Origin: Candidatus Spongiisociaceae bacterium
GTDB taxonomy: Bacteria; Actinomycetota; Acidimicrobiia; Spongiisociales; Spongiisociaceae
Direction of reading: 5' to 3'
Length of the DNA: 64,000 nucleotides
Assembly: GCA_965219685.1 (NCBI GenBank)
Contig: CBDCOH010000002.1
Span: forward strand, 2,432,001 to 2,496,000
In this document: piece by piece, positions 1 to 9,371 of the stretch
Layout of the letters: every line of letters starts with the position of its first letter
Position numbering within the stretch: position 1 is the stretch's first letter
Translations under genes and position numbers: made by a program
Notes under the pieces: model-generated
The model's input: the letters and a program-made list of their open reading frames with translations, nothing else
What the model was told of the DNA's origin: nothing
Database searches by the model: none

Positions 1-406
1 CCCTCTCCGAGATCGTCCAGCACCAGTGCGAACGGGAGGGACACACGGGTGAGGATCCTGCAATGGCGCGGCGAAAGGTCCAGGGCCACTCCGTTGGCCA
101 GGGCACATAATGCCGCAACGGTTAGGCAACCGGTGTAATGGCGGGTCAGCCGTGAGACGGCGATCCGCAGATCGATGTCCACCTCTGAGCGGTCATCCAG
201 ATGATCCGCCGGATCCGCGAACAGCAACTCGCGGTCCACCGTATGGGACGCGGCGATCGCCCGTCGCAGGAAGTCCGGTTCGAAGTAGCGAGTGGCCGGA
301 ACGGCCTCTGGAGACGCCGGGTCGTCGAGTAGGTAACGCCCCTCGAACCAACGCCCGAGCCGTCCGATGCCGTCCGCCAGGGACCGCTTCCAATCCTCGG
401 TCGGCA

Positions 407-1654
407 TCAGAGCGTAGCGAGCAGGCCACCGCCGGCCGCGGTCAGGATGACGACCAGCCAAGGGGGAAGTTTCCAGAAAGCCAGGAGCCCCAGCGCGACG
501 AGCGCGAGCCCGAAGTCCTCGGGACCGAGGATGGCGCTCGACCAGAGAGGATCGTACAGGGCGGCCAGCAGGACCCCCACCACTGCTGCGTTGACCCCGC
601 GCAGGACTGCCTGCACCTCGGGGCGTGCGCGGAGGGCCCCGAAGGTGGGGAGGGTGGCGACCACTATGAGGAAGGAGGGCAGGAAGATGGCCAGGAGGGC
701 CAGGAGAGCACCACCGACCCCGTTCGGCTCGGTACCAAGGGAGGCGCCGAGATAGGCCGAGAACGTGAATATGGGCCCCGGCACAGCTTGGGCCGCACCG
801 AATCCGGCGATGAAGGTCTCATCGTCGACCCAACCCGGTCCGACCACCTCGCTCTCGAGCAAGGGCAGGACGACAGGGCCTCCGCCGAACACCAGTGCCC
901 CGGAACCGTAGAAGGCGTCAGCCGTCCCGATGGCCGGAGCGTCGAACGCCGCCCTGGCCACCGGCAGCAGGGCCAACAGCGCGAAGAACAGGACCGCGCT
1001 GACAATCGCAGCCCGGCGTCCTGATCCGAGTTGGTACGAGCGGGCAGCAGCGGCTTCCCGGCGCAGGAAGAACCAGCCCACGATCCCGCCCAGGATGATG
1101 ACGACCACGATCGTGGTCCGCGCCGACGAGGGAAAGGCGATCACCGCCAGCGTTGCCAGGACCGCCATCGAACTGCGGAACCGGTCCGGCGCCAGCTGGC
1201 GCCACAGCTTCCACACCGCCAGGCCGACCACGGGAACGGCCACCACCACCAGCCCGTGGATCCACCCGGCCGCCTCCTCGGTGAGACGCGAAGCCGTCAG
1301 GCCCAGCACCGTCATGATCACGGCCGAGGGCAAGGTGAACCCGAGCCAGGCGATGACCCCGCCCCACAGACCACCCCGAGCCATCCCGATGGCCATGCCC
1401 AGCTTGCTGCTACCGGCGCCCGGGAACGCCTGCGAGAGGGCAACGAGGTCGGCGAAGGTCTCCTCATCGACCCAGCGGCGCCGCTGGACGTACTCGTCCT
1501 GGAAGTAGCCGATGTGGGCGATTGGGCCACCGAAGGAGGTGAGCCCGAGGCGCAGAGCCACCCAGAAGATCTCGACCAGCGGCCCTCGTTCCGGGATGAA
1601 AGTAGCCGGGGCAGGGCCGGCGTGGTGGTCGTTCGGGTTGCTATCGTCCGTCAC
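407..1654 (-). CDS. chrA: Chromate efflux transporter (CHR family, long form)
   Basis: 415-aa hydrophobic ORF with two homologous halves carrying CHR motifs: LGLTSFGGPIAHIGYF...SQAFPG and GALVFGGGPVVLPLL...AQAVPGP. Confidence 0.92.
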   Translation of the reverse strand: MTDDSNPNDHHAGPAPATFIPERGPLVEIFWVALRLGLTSFGGPIAHIGYFQDEYVQRRRWVDEETFADLVALSQAFPGAGSSKLGMAIGMARGGLWGGVIAWLGFTLPSAVIMTVLGLTASRLTEEAAGWIHGLVVVAVPVVGLAVWKLWRQLAPDRFRSSMAVLATLAVIAFPSSARTTIVVVIILGGIVGWFFLRREAAAARSYQLGSGRRAAIVSAVLFFALLALLPVARAAFDAPAIGTADAFYGSGALVFGGGPVVLPLLESEVVGPGWVDDETFIAGFGAAQAVPGPIFTFSAYLGASLGTEPNGVGGALLALLAIFLPSFLIVVATLPTFGALRARPEVQAVLRGVNAAVVGVLLAALYDPLWSSAILGPEDFGLALVALGLLAFWKLPPWLVVILTAAGGGLLATL

Positions 1655-1681
1655 CGGTATCCCCTAGTCATGCATCGCGGG

Positions 1682-1699
1682 CCAATATCGGGCTACGAT
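1682..1699 (+). promoter_or_regulatory. Operator variant CCAATATCGG followed by -10-like TACGAT (padR/chrA divergent region)
   Basis: 1682-1700 CCAATATCGGGCTACGATA differs by one base from 3139-3157 CCGATATCGGGCTACGATA. Confidence 0.6.
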
Positions 1700-1752
1700 A
1701 CCAGGCATCCGAATGGCGAACCGCGACGGACCAGCGACGAACAGGCGGCCAG

Positions 1753-2130
1753 ATGAGCAGGACCGACCGAATCGAGGGCCATCCCACCTTCGAGGCCCAT
1801 AGCAGGCTCTTCCGCGACATCCTGCTGGGTTTCGTTAGGGTGCATGTGCTCCACTGCGCCAGTAGAGGTCCCGTCTACGGGGTGGCGCTCAACGAGGAAC
1901 TCGCGGTCCACGGCTACAACCTGTCGCCGGGAACCCTCTATCCACTCCTCCACGGACTCGAGGACATCGGGTTTCTCGAGCGGACTCCGGAAGTCGTCGG
2001 CGGCAAGGTACGGAAGTACTACTCGCTGACCGACCGGGGACACCAGGCGCTTGAGGATCTCCGTTACAAGATTCGCGAGTTGGTCAGCGATGTGCTGGAT
2101 GGCGAGACCGTACCGGCGGGCTCCCGGTAG
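1753..2130 (+). CDS. PadR-family transcriptional regulator
   Basis: PadR wHTH signature: VLHCASRGPVYG...LSPGTLYPLLHGLEDIGFL...GKVRKYYSLTDRG. Confidence 0.92.
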   Translation: MSRTDRIEGHPTFEAHSRLFRDILLGFVRVHVLHCASRGPVYGVALNEELAVHGYNLSPGTLYPLLHGLEDIGFLERTPEVVGGKVRKYYSLTDRGHQALEDLRYKIRELVSDVLDGETVPAGSR

Positions 2131-2193
2131 CCCTACCGGACCGGGGCAGCGCCCGATGGGGAGCGGTCGGCTTCCCGAACGCCGGAGTCTCCT

Positions 2194-3132
2194 ATGAGGA
2201 TCGGGCTGATGGCATCGATCTCTGCTGCCGGCGAGCCGACCCTCGAGAACATCACGGCAACCATCGTCCGGGCTGAAGCAACCGGGTTCGACACCGTTTG
2301 GACTTCGGGACGGATGGACGCCCTGACGCAACTGGCTCTCGCCTCGGTACGCACTAACCGTGTCGAGCTTGGCACGGCCATCGTGCCCACCTATCCCCGC
2401 CATCCGCACGCCTTGGTCCAGCAGGCCCTGACAGTCCAGATCGCCTGCGGCGGCAGACTGGCGCTCGGCGTTGGGGTGAGCCATGACACTTCGATGTCAT
2501 CCCTTGGTTTCGACTGGTCTGCGCCGGTCCGCCACGCCCGCGAGTACCTGAGCGGTCTGAATGGGTTGCTGGCAGGAGCGGAGGTTACGTTCGAAGGGAC
2601 CGACTTCTCCCTCTCGAATGCAACCGCGCCGCTCGCCCACCTGACGGCCGTCCCCCCGGTTCTCCTGGCTGCGCTGGGTCCGCAGATGCTGCGGGTGGCC
2701 GGAACGCTTTCCGACGGGACCGTCCTCTGGCTCAGCGGCGCGCGCTATGTGAGAACGGTGGCGGTGCCGGAGATCGCGGCCGCGGCGAAACGAGCCGGCA
2801 AACCCCCGCCGCGGGTGGTGGCAGGAGGTCCGGTGTGCGTGACCGACGATGCGAAGGCATCCTACGAACGCGCCGAACGCGTCCTGCACGCCATCGGGAA
2901 CAGGCCGGTCTACCGGTCGGTACTGGACCTCGACGGTTCGGCCAGCCCGGCCCAGGTAGCCCTGATCGGCGACGAAGCCCTCGTCGGTGAACGTCTTGAC
3001 GAGTTGGCCGAGGCAGGCGCCACCGACTTCGCCGCCCAGATCCTCGCCGCCTCTCCCGAGGAGTACGAGCGGACCCATGCCTTCCTGGCGGGCCGCGCCG
3101 GGACTGGTCACCGTGCCGGCACGGGTCGGTGA
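2194..3132 (+). CDS. LLM-class (luciferase-like), probably F420-dependent oxidoreductase
   Basis: Motifs ELGTAIVPTYPRHP, GRLALGVGVSH and AALGPQMLRVAG are typical of actinobacterial F420-dependent LLM proteins. Confidence 0.85.
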   Translation: MRIGLMASISAAGEPTLENITATIVRAEATGFDTVWTSGRMDALTQLALASVRTNRVELGTAIVPTYPRHPHALVQQALTVQIACGGRLALGVGVSHDTSMSSLGFDWSAPVRHAREYLSGLNGLLAGAEVTFEGTDFSLSNATAPLAHLTAVPPVLLAALGPQMLRVAGTLSDGTVLWLSGARYVRTVAVPEIAAAAKRAGKPPPRVVAGGPVCVTDDAKASYERAERVLHAIGNRPVYRSVLDLDGSASPAQVALIGDEALVGERLDELAEAGATDFAAQILAASPEEYERTHAFLAGRAGTGHRAGTGR

Positions 3133-3156
3133 CAGCTGCCGATATCGGGCTACGAT
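3129..3156 (+). promoter_or_regulatory. Promoter GTGACA-N16-TACGAT with palindromic operator CCGATATCGG (3139-3148) in the spacer
   Basis: Perfect 10-bp palindrome between -35-like and -10-like hexamers, upstream of the ORF at 3203. Confidence 0.65.
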
Positions 3157-3202
3157 AACGGTTGGACGGCAGTCAAGGTGAGAGAAAGCGAGGAGGCCGG
3201 TT

Positions 3203-3616
3203 GTGGATTGGGATCTGTTCGTGGTGCATTGGCTTCACGTCGCCTTCGGGATCTTCTGGGCCGGGTCGATCGCGTTCACGAGGGTGACCCTGTTCCCGGC
3301 CCTGGCCACGCTTCCCAAGGAACAGGCAGTGGCGGCGAGGAACACCCTGTTGACGGGGAATGCGAAGCGGATCACGTTGATCACGGCCGCCGGGACGGTG
3401 ACAACCGGGATCCTGCGGGGCCTCATGACCGGTGTATTGGATCAGTTGGACACGTCCTACGGATGGATCTACATACTGTCGGGCGTCATCGCGATCCTGA
3501 TGTTCCTCTTCCTGCTCGACTGGTCACCCAAACCGGCCGTCCTACGGCACATCTACCTCGCAGCCTTTCCGGTGCTCTTCACGATGATGGTGCTGATGCG
3601 TTTCGGAGGGTTCTAG
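3203..3616 (+). CDS. Small 4-TM membrane protein (CopD/DUF2269-like N-terminus)
   Basis: 137 aa, four hydrophobic segments, N-terminal WLHVAFGIFWAG motif; GGAGG upstream of the GTG start. Confidence 0.65.
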   Translation: MDWDLFVVHWLHVAFGIFWAGSIAFTRVTLFPALATLPKEQAVAARNTLLTGNAKRITLITAAGTVTTGILRGLMTGVLDQLDTSYGWIYILSGVIAILMFLFLLDWSPKPAVLRHIYLAAFPVLFTMMVLMRFGGF

Positions 3617-4854
3617 GAGGCTGGTGGCCGGTCGAGCGTTTCCTCCTCCACCCGGCCGGCCATCAGGCACAAGGGGAGGGCGACCGCCGACGCTACCAAG
3701 AAGCCGAGCGACAGGAATGTCACCGTACCGTCATAGGCGCGGTCGATCAGCGATCCCAGTAGCGCCCCTCCTCCGGTCGATGTTGCCCCGATGATCGACC
3801 CGGCGGTTCCTGCCTGCCCGGCCATCGGATCGAGGGCCAGGCTGTTCAGGTTGGCGACAACCAGGCCGTGCATGGCGGCGAGCACCGATAGACATACCAG
3901 GAAAAGTGCGAACGTCGGCCTTCCCTCCCCTACCCAGGTTGCGGTCGTCAATGTGAGCGCGGCCGCCAAGTAGATCACGAGGATCCCGACAACCACCCGC
4001 TCGGTCGTAAGCGTCTCGACCAACGCCGCGTTGGCGATCATGGCCGTGGCCATGATCGCGGTAATCCCCCCGTATATCCAGGGGAACTGCTGGGCGCGAC
4101 CGAAGATGTCGGAGAAGATCAGTTCGGAACTCGCCATGTACGAGAAGAAGGCGCCGAAGCTGAACGCCATAGCGACCGTGTAGAAGACCGTGTTGCGGTT
4201 GCGGAGAACCCGCAGGACGGAATTGCCTAGACGGGACACCGACCACCCGACGGCTGGCCGGACCGCCCGCGTCTCGCCGAGCCGGGTCGCCCAAACAGCC
4301 ACCACCGCCGCGAGCCCCACGGCCAACCAGAACACTCCGTGCCAGGAGGTGACATCCGCGATGGTGGCGCCCGCAACGGGAGCGAAGACAGGAACGATGG
4401 TGAAGACGGCGAACACCGACGACATGATCCTCGCCAGGCGATCCCCGTCGAACAGGTCCCTCACGATGGCCAGCGCCACGATCCGGGGCCCGGCCGCCCC
4501 CACACCCCAGAGAGCCTGAGTCGCCAGGAGCAGCGAGAGAGAACCTACGCTCCCCGCGAGTACCGACCCGGCAGCCCCGAGCGCATAGATCGAGAAGCCG
4601 ATCCTCAGCGCCGGCTTCCTCCCCAAAGCATCCGACAACGGCCCGTAGACCAGCCCGCCGACGGACAGACCGACGATGTAGGCCGTGATCGCCCCTGCGA
4701 GGCGGTTCGAGTCCTCGGCCAGCCCGAGAACCTGGCGCATCTCCCCGAACGCAGGCAGGATGAGCCCCACGAGCGCTGAAAGCGCCATCGCAGAGGACAG
4801 GAGCACGATCAGTTCCCCTTCGCGCATGCTCCTTGCGGGTGGGGTCAGGGTCAC
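3613..4854 (-). CDS. MFS transporter, Bcr/CflA (DHA1) drug-efflux family
   Basis: About 12 TM segments; motif A GPLSDALGRKP; AIVRDLFDGDRLARIMS; APVAG. Confidence 0.88.
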   Translation of the reverse strand: MTLTPPARSMREGELIVLLSSAMALSALVGLILPAFGEMRQVLGLAEDSNRLAGAITAYIVGLSVGGLVYGPLSDALGRKPALRIGFSIYALGAAGSVLAGSVGSLSLLLATQALWGVGAAGPRIVALAIVRDLFDGDRLARIMSSVFAVFTIVPVFAPVAGATIADVTSWHGVFWLAVGLAAVVAVWATRLGETRAVRPAVGWSVSRLGNSVLRVLRNRNTVFYTVAMAFSFGAFFSYMASSELIFSDIFGRAQQFPWIYGGITAIMATAMIANAALVETLTTERVVVGILVIYLAAALTLTTATWVGEGRPTFALFLVCLSVLAAMHGLVVANLNSLALDPMAGQAGTAGSIIGATSTGGGALLGSLIDRAYDGTVTFLSLGFLVASAVALPLCLMAGRVEEETLDRPPAS

Positions 4855-4933
4855 GGCTCCTCCCGGCGGTCCGTCGCCAGAAGGCGGGGCACTCAGGCCT
4901 GGCCAGGATGACCGTTTCAGGCGAAGTCGGCTA

Positions 4934-4950
4934 CCGATATCGGATAATAT
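4934..4950. promoter_or_regulatory. Operator CCGATATCGG (4934-4943) next to -10-like TAATAT, between the divergent MFS and CCG genes
   Basis: Perfect palindrome in a short divergent intergenic region, 1 nt before TAATAT (4945-4950). Confidence 0.7.
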
Positions 4951-4979
4951 AAGGGTGGCCTGCCGGATGGAGAGACCTC

Positions 4980-6077
4980 GTGATCGACAAGACGAAGTTC
5001 GATGTAAAGGGCTACTACACGGCCATGGCCGAGAGCAAGTCGCTTCTGATCGCCCGCGACGACCTCAAGTGGACCGAGCGGTGGGTGGAGCCCGACCGTC
5101 CCTACGACGCACTGCTCGCCTACGGTTGCGCGGTCCAGCATACGCCACACCTGATGCAGGAGGCCGCCAACGTCCTCGACGTGCTGGGCGTCGACTACTT
5201 CGCGGTCACCGGCCGACAGTTCTGCTGCGGCCGGCCGTTCGAGAAGATGGGCAAGGACGGCGCGGTCGCCGACCGCATCTCCGACAAGTCCTACCGGCGG
5301 TTCATGTCCTACCGCCCCAAAGTCGCGGTGCAGTGGTGCGGCGCCTGCATGCGCCAATACCTCGACACGATCAGCGCCCAGCAGGATCCCCCGTTCGCGG
5401 TGGTCCACGTCACCAAGTTCCTTGCCGACCTGCTCGAGGCGAGAGCCGCCGAGGTCCCCTGGGTTAGAGAGGTGAAGACGCGGGTCCTGCTGGAGGCCCA
5501 CCACGACCATGCCCAAGCCGACATAGACACCGCCTCGATTCTCCGCATCTTCGAGATGGTTCCCGGTGTCGACTTCGCCGGGTTCGTCGAGCCGCCGTCC
5601 GCCGGCACCCCGTGCGACCTCGAGGGTCCCAAGGCTGTGGGGGTACTCAACAAGGTCGACACCGAGACCTTCCAGCGCGCCATCACGGAACTGGAGGACC
5701 AGTTGGAGAAGGCAGGGGCAGACACCTTGGTGACCCCCTACCACAAGTGCCAGATGGAGTGGTCGAAGCTCTCCACGAAGAAGCTGGCTATCCGCGAGTG
5801 GATCTCACTGGTTGCGGAAGCGATGGGGGTGGGCGTCCAGGACCGCTACACCATGTACTGGCATCTGGGCGATCCCGAGAGAATCGCCGAGGAGGCTCGG
5901 CCGCAGTGGGAGACCTGGGGCTGGTCCGAGGAGCAGGCGATCGAGGCCGCCCGGCGGCACTTTGTTCCAGAATACGCTATCGACGTGCACCACTGCGACT
6001 GCGGCGGCAGCGGCTGCGGGAGCGAGGGAGCCGACCTGCTCTGGCCGGGACTCGTCGACGTGGCCTCCCTAGTCTGA
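4980..6077 (+). CDS. Stand-alone CCG-domain (HdrB/GlcF-like) Fe-S protein
   Basis: YGC...QFCCGRP...WCGAC forms one CCG repeat; a degenerate second repeat (PCD...PYHKC); Cys/His-rich tail HHCDCGGSGCG. Confidence 0.75.
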   Translation: MIDKTKFDVKGYYTAMAESKSLLIARDDLKWTERWVEPDRPYDALLAYGCAVQHTPHLMQEAANVLDVLGVDYFAVTGRQFCCGRPFEKMGKDGAVADRISDKSYRRFMSYRPKVAVQWCGACMRQYLDTISAQQDPPFAVVHVTKFLADLLEARAAEVPWVREVKTRVLLEAHHDHAQADIDTASILRIFEMVPGVDFAGFVEPPSAGTPCDLEGPKAVGVLNKVDTETFQRAITELEDQLEKAGADTLVTPYHKCQMEWSKLSTKKLAIREWISLVAEAMGVGVQDRYTMYWHLGDPERIAEEARPQWETWGWSEEQAIEAARRHFVPEYAIDVHHCDCGGSGCGSEGADLLWPGLVDVASLV

Positions 6078-6105
6078 GCCCAGGGCCCTATCGATCGAAT
6101 CGGGT

Positions 6106-6464
6106 TCACAGCCGCACCGAGGGCAGCCGCCTCAACTCGCGGTTGACGGGATCGACATGGATTCCAGCAGACTCCAGCGCAGTGGCGCCCAACAGCGGCT
6201 CGGAGTGGGGTTTGCCGAAGATCACGGTCGCGCCGACCGTCTCTCCCATGATCTCGAACTCGGCAACCGTGACATCGAACCGGACTCTGTACCGTCGGCA
6301 AGCTCGTACCCGCGAGTGCTCCGTGGCGTCAGGCCTATGGATTCGAGCCACGGTCCGGGAACCGACGAGTCGATGGCTCCCGTGTCGACCAGAAACCGAC
6401 CTCGCCACTCCTGCTCCGGCGCGCCAGGATTCCGTACGATGATGTTTGCGTAGGTCATGCCCAT
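6106..6464 (-). pseudogene. Clan AA (retroviral-like) aspartic protease, frameshifted near 6285
   Basis: The N-half (FLVDTGA...YELADGTE) and C-half (VRFDVT...PLLGATALE...VDPVNRELRR) lie in different frames. Adding one base at ~6285 gives a ~119-aa intact protein. RBS AAAGGAG precedes ATG 6464. Confidence 0.8.
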
Positions 6465-6703
6465 GGACTCTCCTTTGGGGTAGCGACTATAATGCAGTTA
6501 ATCAGATATCAACAATTGCAGAATACTGTTACAACCGGGTCGTAAGGCTCGATTACTCAAACGACAACCAGCAATGACCCCCGGGCGCTGTTGCTCGTGC
6601 TGCCCTATCGATGCGGGTTCGAGCGCGCCGTCCGGTCGGCGACCGGACGGCCTCGCGTACCGGGATAGGCGCCGCCCCGCTATCGAACTCGGTATGGGGC
6701 CGG

Positions 6704-7528
6704 CTACAGAGCGAAGCCGAAGTCGCGGGCGGCCTCCATCAACTCCAGCTTGTCGTCGTGCGCGCCGGAGCGCCTACCGATGATGAGAGCGCAGTTCACC
6801 TCGAATGTTCCACCGGGGAACTCCCGCGTCCGGCTGCCCGGTATCACGATCGATCGCGGCGGGACCTCCCCTTTGTGGGTGACAACGGGGTTCTGAGTCA
6901 CATCGATCACATGGGTGGATCCCGTGATCGAGTTCTGGGCGGCGATGACCGCTCCTTCGCCGACGATGACTCCCTCCACGATGATCGAGCGGGATCCGAT
7001 GAAGGCGTCATCCTCAACGATCACCGGCCTCGCCCCGGCGGGCTCCAGCACGCCCCCGATACCGACCCCGCCCGAGAGGTGCACCCTGCGGCCGATCTGC
7101 GCGCCGCTGCCGACCGTTGCCCAGGTGTCCACCAGCGTGCCCGTGCCCACGTAGGCGCCGATGTTGACGAAGCTGGGCATCATCACCACGCCGGGCTCCA
7201 GGTGGCTCCCGTAGCGGGCGATACCGCCGGCCACCACCCGGTTGCCCCGGGCCTCGTAGTCGTGCTTGAGGGGAAGTCGGTCGTAGAACTCGAGCGGCCC
7301 GGCGTGCAGGGTCTCCATCTCGGTGACTCGGAAGTAGAGGTTGATGGCCTGCTGGATCCAGGCGTGAACGATCCAATCGCCGTCGACCTTCTCCGCCAGC
7401 CTGAGCGCACCCTGGTCGAGGAGAGCCACGGTCTGCTCGACGGCATCGACTTCGTGGTCCTCCATGGCAGACGGGTGCCGCGCGGCCGCGCCGATGGTCC
7501 GCTCGAGGTGGGTGACGGTCGTGCTCAT
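6704..7528 (-). CDS. dapD: 2,3,4,5-tetrahydropyridine-2,6-dicarboxylate N-succinyltransferase (E. coli-type DapD)
   Basis: Hallmark MPSFVNIGAYVGTGTLVDTWATVGSGAQIGRRVHLSGGVGIGGVLEP; RBS GAAGGAGG. Confidence 0.93.
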   Translation of the reverse strand: MSTTVTHLERTIGAAARHPSAMEDHEVDAVEQTVALLDQGALRLAEKVDGDWIVHAWIQQAINLYFRVTEMETLHAGPLEFYDRLPLKHDYEARGNRVVAGGIARYGSHLEPGVVMMPSFVNIGAYVGTGTLVDTWATVGSGAQIGRRVHLSGGVGIGGVLEPAGARPVIVEDDAFIGSRSIIVEGVIVGEGAVIAAQNSITGSTHVIDVTQNPVVTHKGEVPPRSIVIPGSRTREFPGGTFEVNCALIIGRRSGAHDDKLELMEAARDFGFAL

Positions 7529-7546
7529 CGGTCCTCCTTCCGTGCT

Positions 7547-9256
7547 TTACTCGGCGTTCACCGGCGGAGCCCCACGAGTGGGTTGGTCGAGAACGACATC
7601 GACGACGTAGGGCGTCGCGGCGTCCATCCCCCGCCGGATGGCCGACCCTAGGTCTCTCGCCGTATCCACCCTCTCGCCCGGCACTCCCAAGGAACCGGCA
7701 AGGGCGACGAAGTCCACCCCCGGCCCTTCGATGTCGATACCCGGTAGGTCCGACCCGCCTTCGCTCCAAGGTCCACCCATGCGGTTGACGATCAGTTCGA
7801 GAACCCGGTAGCCGCCGTTGTTGAGGATGACCGCGAGTACCGGTAGCCCGCGGTTCGCTAGGTTCCAGAGAGCGTGGGGATAGTAGAGAAAGGACCCGTC
7901 TCCCACTGCGACCACGATCTTGCGATCGGGCAGCCCGAGTTGAAGCCCGGCCGCGACGCCCACGGAGAATCCGAGCGATATCCCGTTCGCTCCCATGTAG
8001 GAGAGAGGATCGGCGAACTCGAGCACGTTCACGAACCAGGGCCGGTTCGAAATCGTCTCATCGACGAAGACCCCTCCGGCCGGGAGCGTATCCCGGATCG
8101 CCTTCGCCACCGCGCCCGTGGTCGGCCTCCGCTCGCGGGCCACTTGATCGACTCTCCGATCCCACGCCGCGCGGCGGGTATCAGCATCCGCGCGCACCAT
8201 CCTGGTTCTGGCAGCAACGGATCCGGGAACTCCCGGCCTCCTCTGGAGTGCGGTACAGAGGCGGCGCAGGTTCGATCCGACATCACCGAGCAGGGCTACC
8301 GACGCAGGGTGGTTCTTACCGAGTTCGCCGGGATGGTCGTCGACAGCCACCGTTCGCACATCGAATGGGATCAAGGGTCCGCCGCCGTCGTAGCGTGAGA
8401 CCGGCGCCGCCGCGGTGACACCGCACAGGAGCACGACGTCGGATCGGGCAAATCTGTCCCGCATCTCGGCCGCCAGGTTGGGCATCGGTCCCAGGTACAA
8501 GGGGTGGCGGGAGGGATAGTTCCAGAGCGTCGCATAGCCTTCGGTGTAGACGCGGGCCCCCAGGGCCTCGGCTATGGTCACGACCTTGTCCCATGCGCGG
8601 GCGTGGCCCACCCCGTCGCCGGCCACGATCATCGGCCTCTCGGCCGAGGCGAGCAAGTCGGCAGCTTCCCGGATCCCCGCTTCGTCCGCCATCGAAGCGG
8701 TCGGCGTGGTGACCCTCGCCTGGCCGAGACCGTCGTGCTTCTCCAGAAGGACGTTGGGCGGGACCGACACGAAGACCGGTGCGAACGGTGGGGTGACCAA
8801 CTCCTTGAAGGCCCGCTGCATGACCATCGGCAACTCCTCGAGGAAACGAACCTCGTAGGACCATTTGGTGAACTGCCCGACGATGGCGCGAAGGTCCGAG
8901 GTCAGGATGGGATCCTGGACCAGTAGACCGGTGTGATGCTGGCCGGCGGCTACCAGGAGAGGGACGCGGGCTCGATGGGCGTTGTAGAGGTTGCCGAGAC
9001 CATGAGCGACACCTGGGGTGACGTGGAGGTTCACCACGCCGACCTTGCCCGACGCTCGCGCATACCCGATGGCTTGGGCGACTGCGACGTCCTCGTGAAG
9101 GGAGAGGACGTACTCAATCGACGGGTAGTCGTTGCATCCGTCCACGAGGGGCAATTCCGTGGTGCCCGGGTTGCCGAAGATGTAGCGGACATCCTGGCAG
9201 ACCAGGTATTCGAAGAAGATATCCCGTCCGAGGGCTGTAGGCCGGCTACCCGTCAC
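7547..9256 (-). CDS. TPP-dependent 2-oxoacid decarboxylase (benzoylformate decarboxylase-like)
   Basis: IFGNPGTTELP, LHE, NLH and the TPP motif GDGSFLY...ILNNGGY; 569 aa. Confidence 0.85.
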   Translation of the reverse strand: MTGSRPTALGRDIFFEYLVCQDVRYIFGNPGTTELPLVDGCNDYPSIEYVLSLHEDVAVAQAIGYARASGKVGVVNLHVTPGVAHGLGNLYNAHRARVPLLVAAGQHHTGLLVQDPILTSDLRAIVGQFTKWSYEVRFLEELPMVMQRAFKELVTPPFAPVFVSVPPNVLLEKHDGLGQARVTTPTASMADEAGIREAADLLASAERPMIVAGDGVGHARAWDKVVTIAEALGARVYTEGYATLWNYPSRHPLYLGPMPNLAAEMRDRFARSDVVLLCGVTAAAPVSRYDGGGPLIPFDVRTVAVDDHPGELGKNHPASVALLGDVGSNLRRLCTALQRRPGVPGSVAARTRMVRADADTRRAAWDRRVDQVARERRPTTGAVAKAIRDTLPAGGVFVDETISNRPWFVNVLEFADPLSYMGANGISLGFSVGVAAGLQLGLPDRKIVVAVGDGSFLYYPHALWNLANRGLPVLAVILNNGGYRVLELIVNRMGGPWSEGGSDLPGIDIEGPGVDFVALAGSLGVPGERVDTARDLGSAIRRGMDAATPYVVDVVLDQPTRGAPPVNAE

Positions 9257-9283
9257 CGGAGGGTGTCTCCTTGAACTCGCGAA

Positions 9284-9325
9284 CCGATATCGGAGGACGT
9301 TACCGATGCACTAGGGTGGTGTCAA
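9284..9325 (-). promoter_or_regulatory. Sigma70-type promoter TTGACA-N17-TAACGT with operator CCGATATCGG (9284-9293) over the start site
   Basis: Minus strand: TTGACA (9325-9320), 17 nt, TAACGT (9302-9297); the perfect palindrome covers the predicted +1. Confidence 0.8.
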
Positions 9326-9371
9326 TCGGCGTCCGCCGGGCACGATCATCGCCGAACCAAAGGGTAGGACC

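Noticed and set aside
1-400. Possible partial CDS or ORF 110-1024 at the window start
   Set aside because: 110-1024 is an antisense shadow of chrA. A minus-strand frame near 1-120 looks GC3-rich but has no recognisable motif and is truncated by the window edge.
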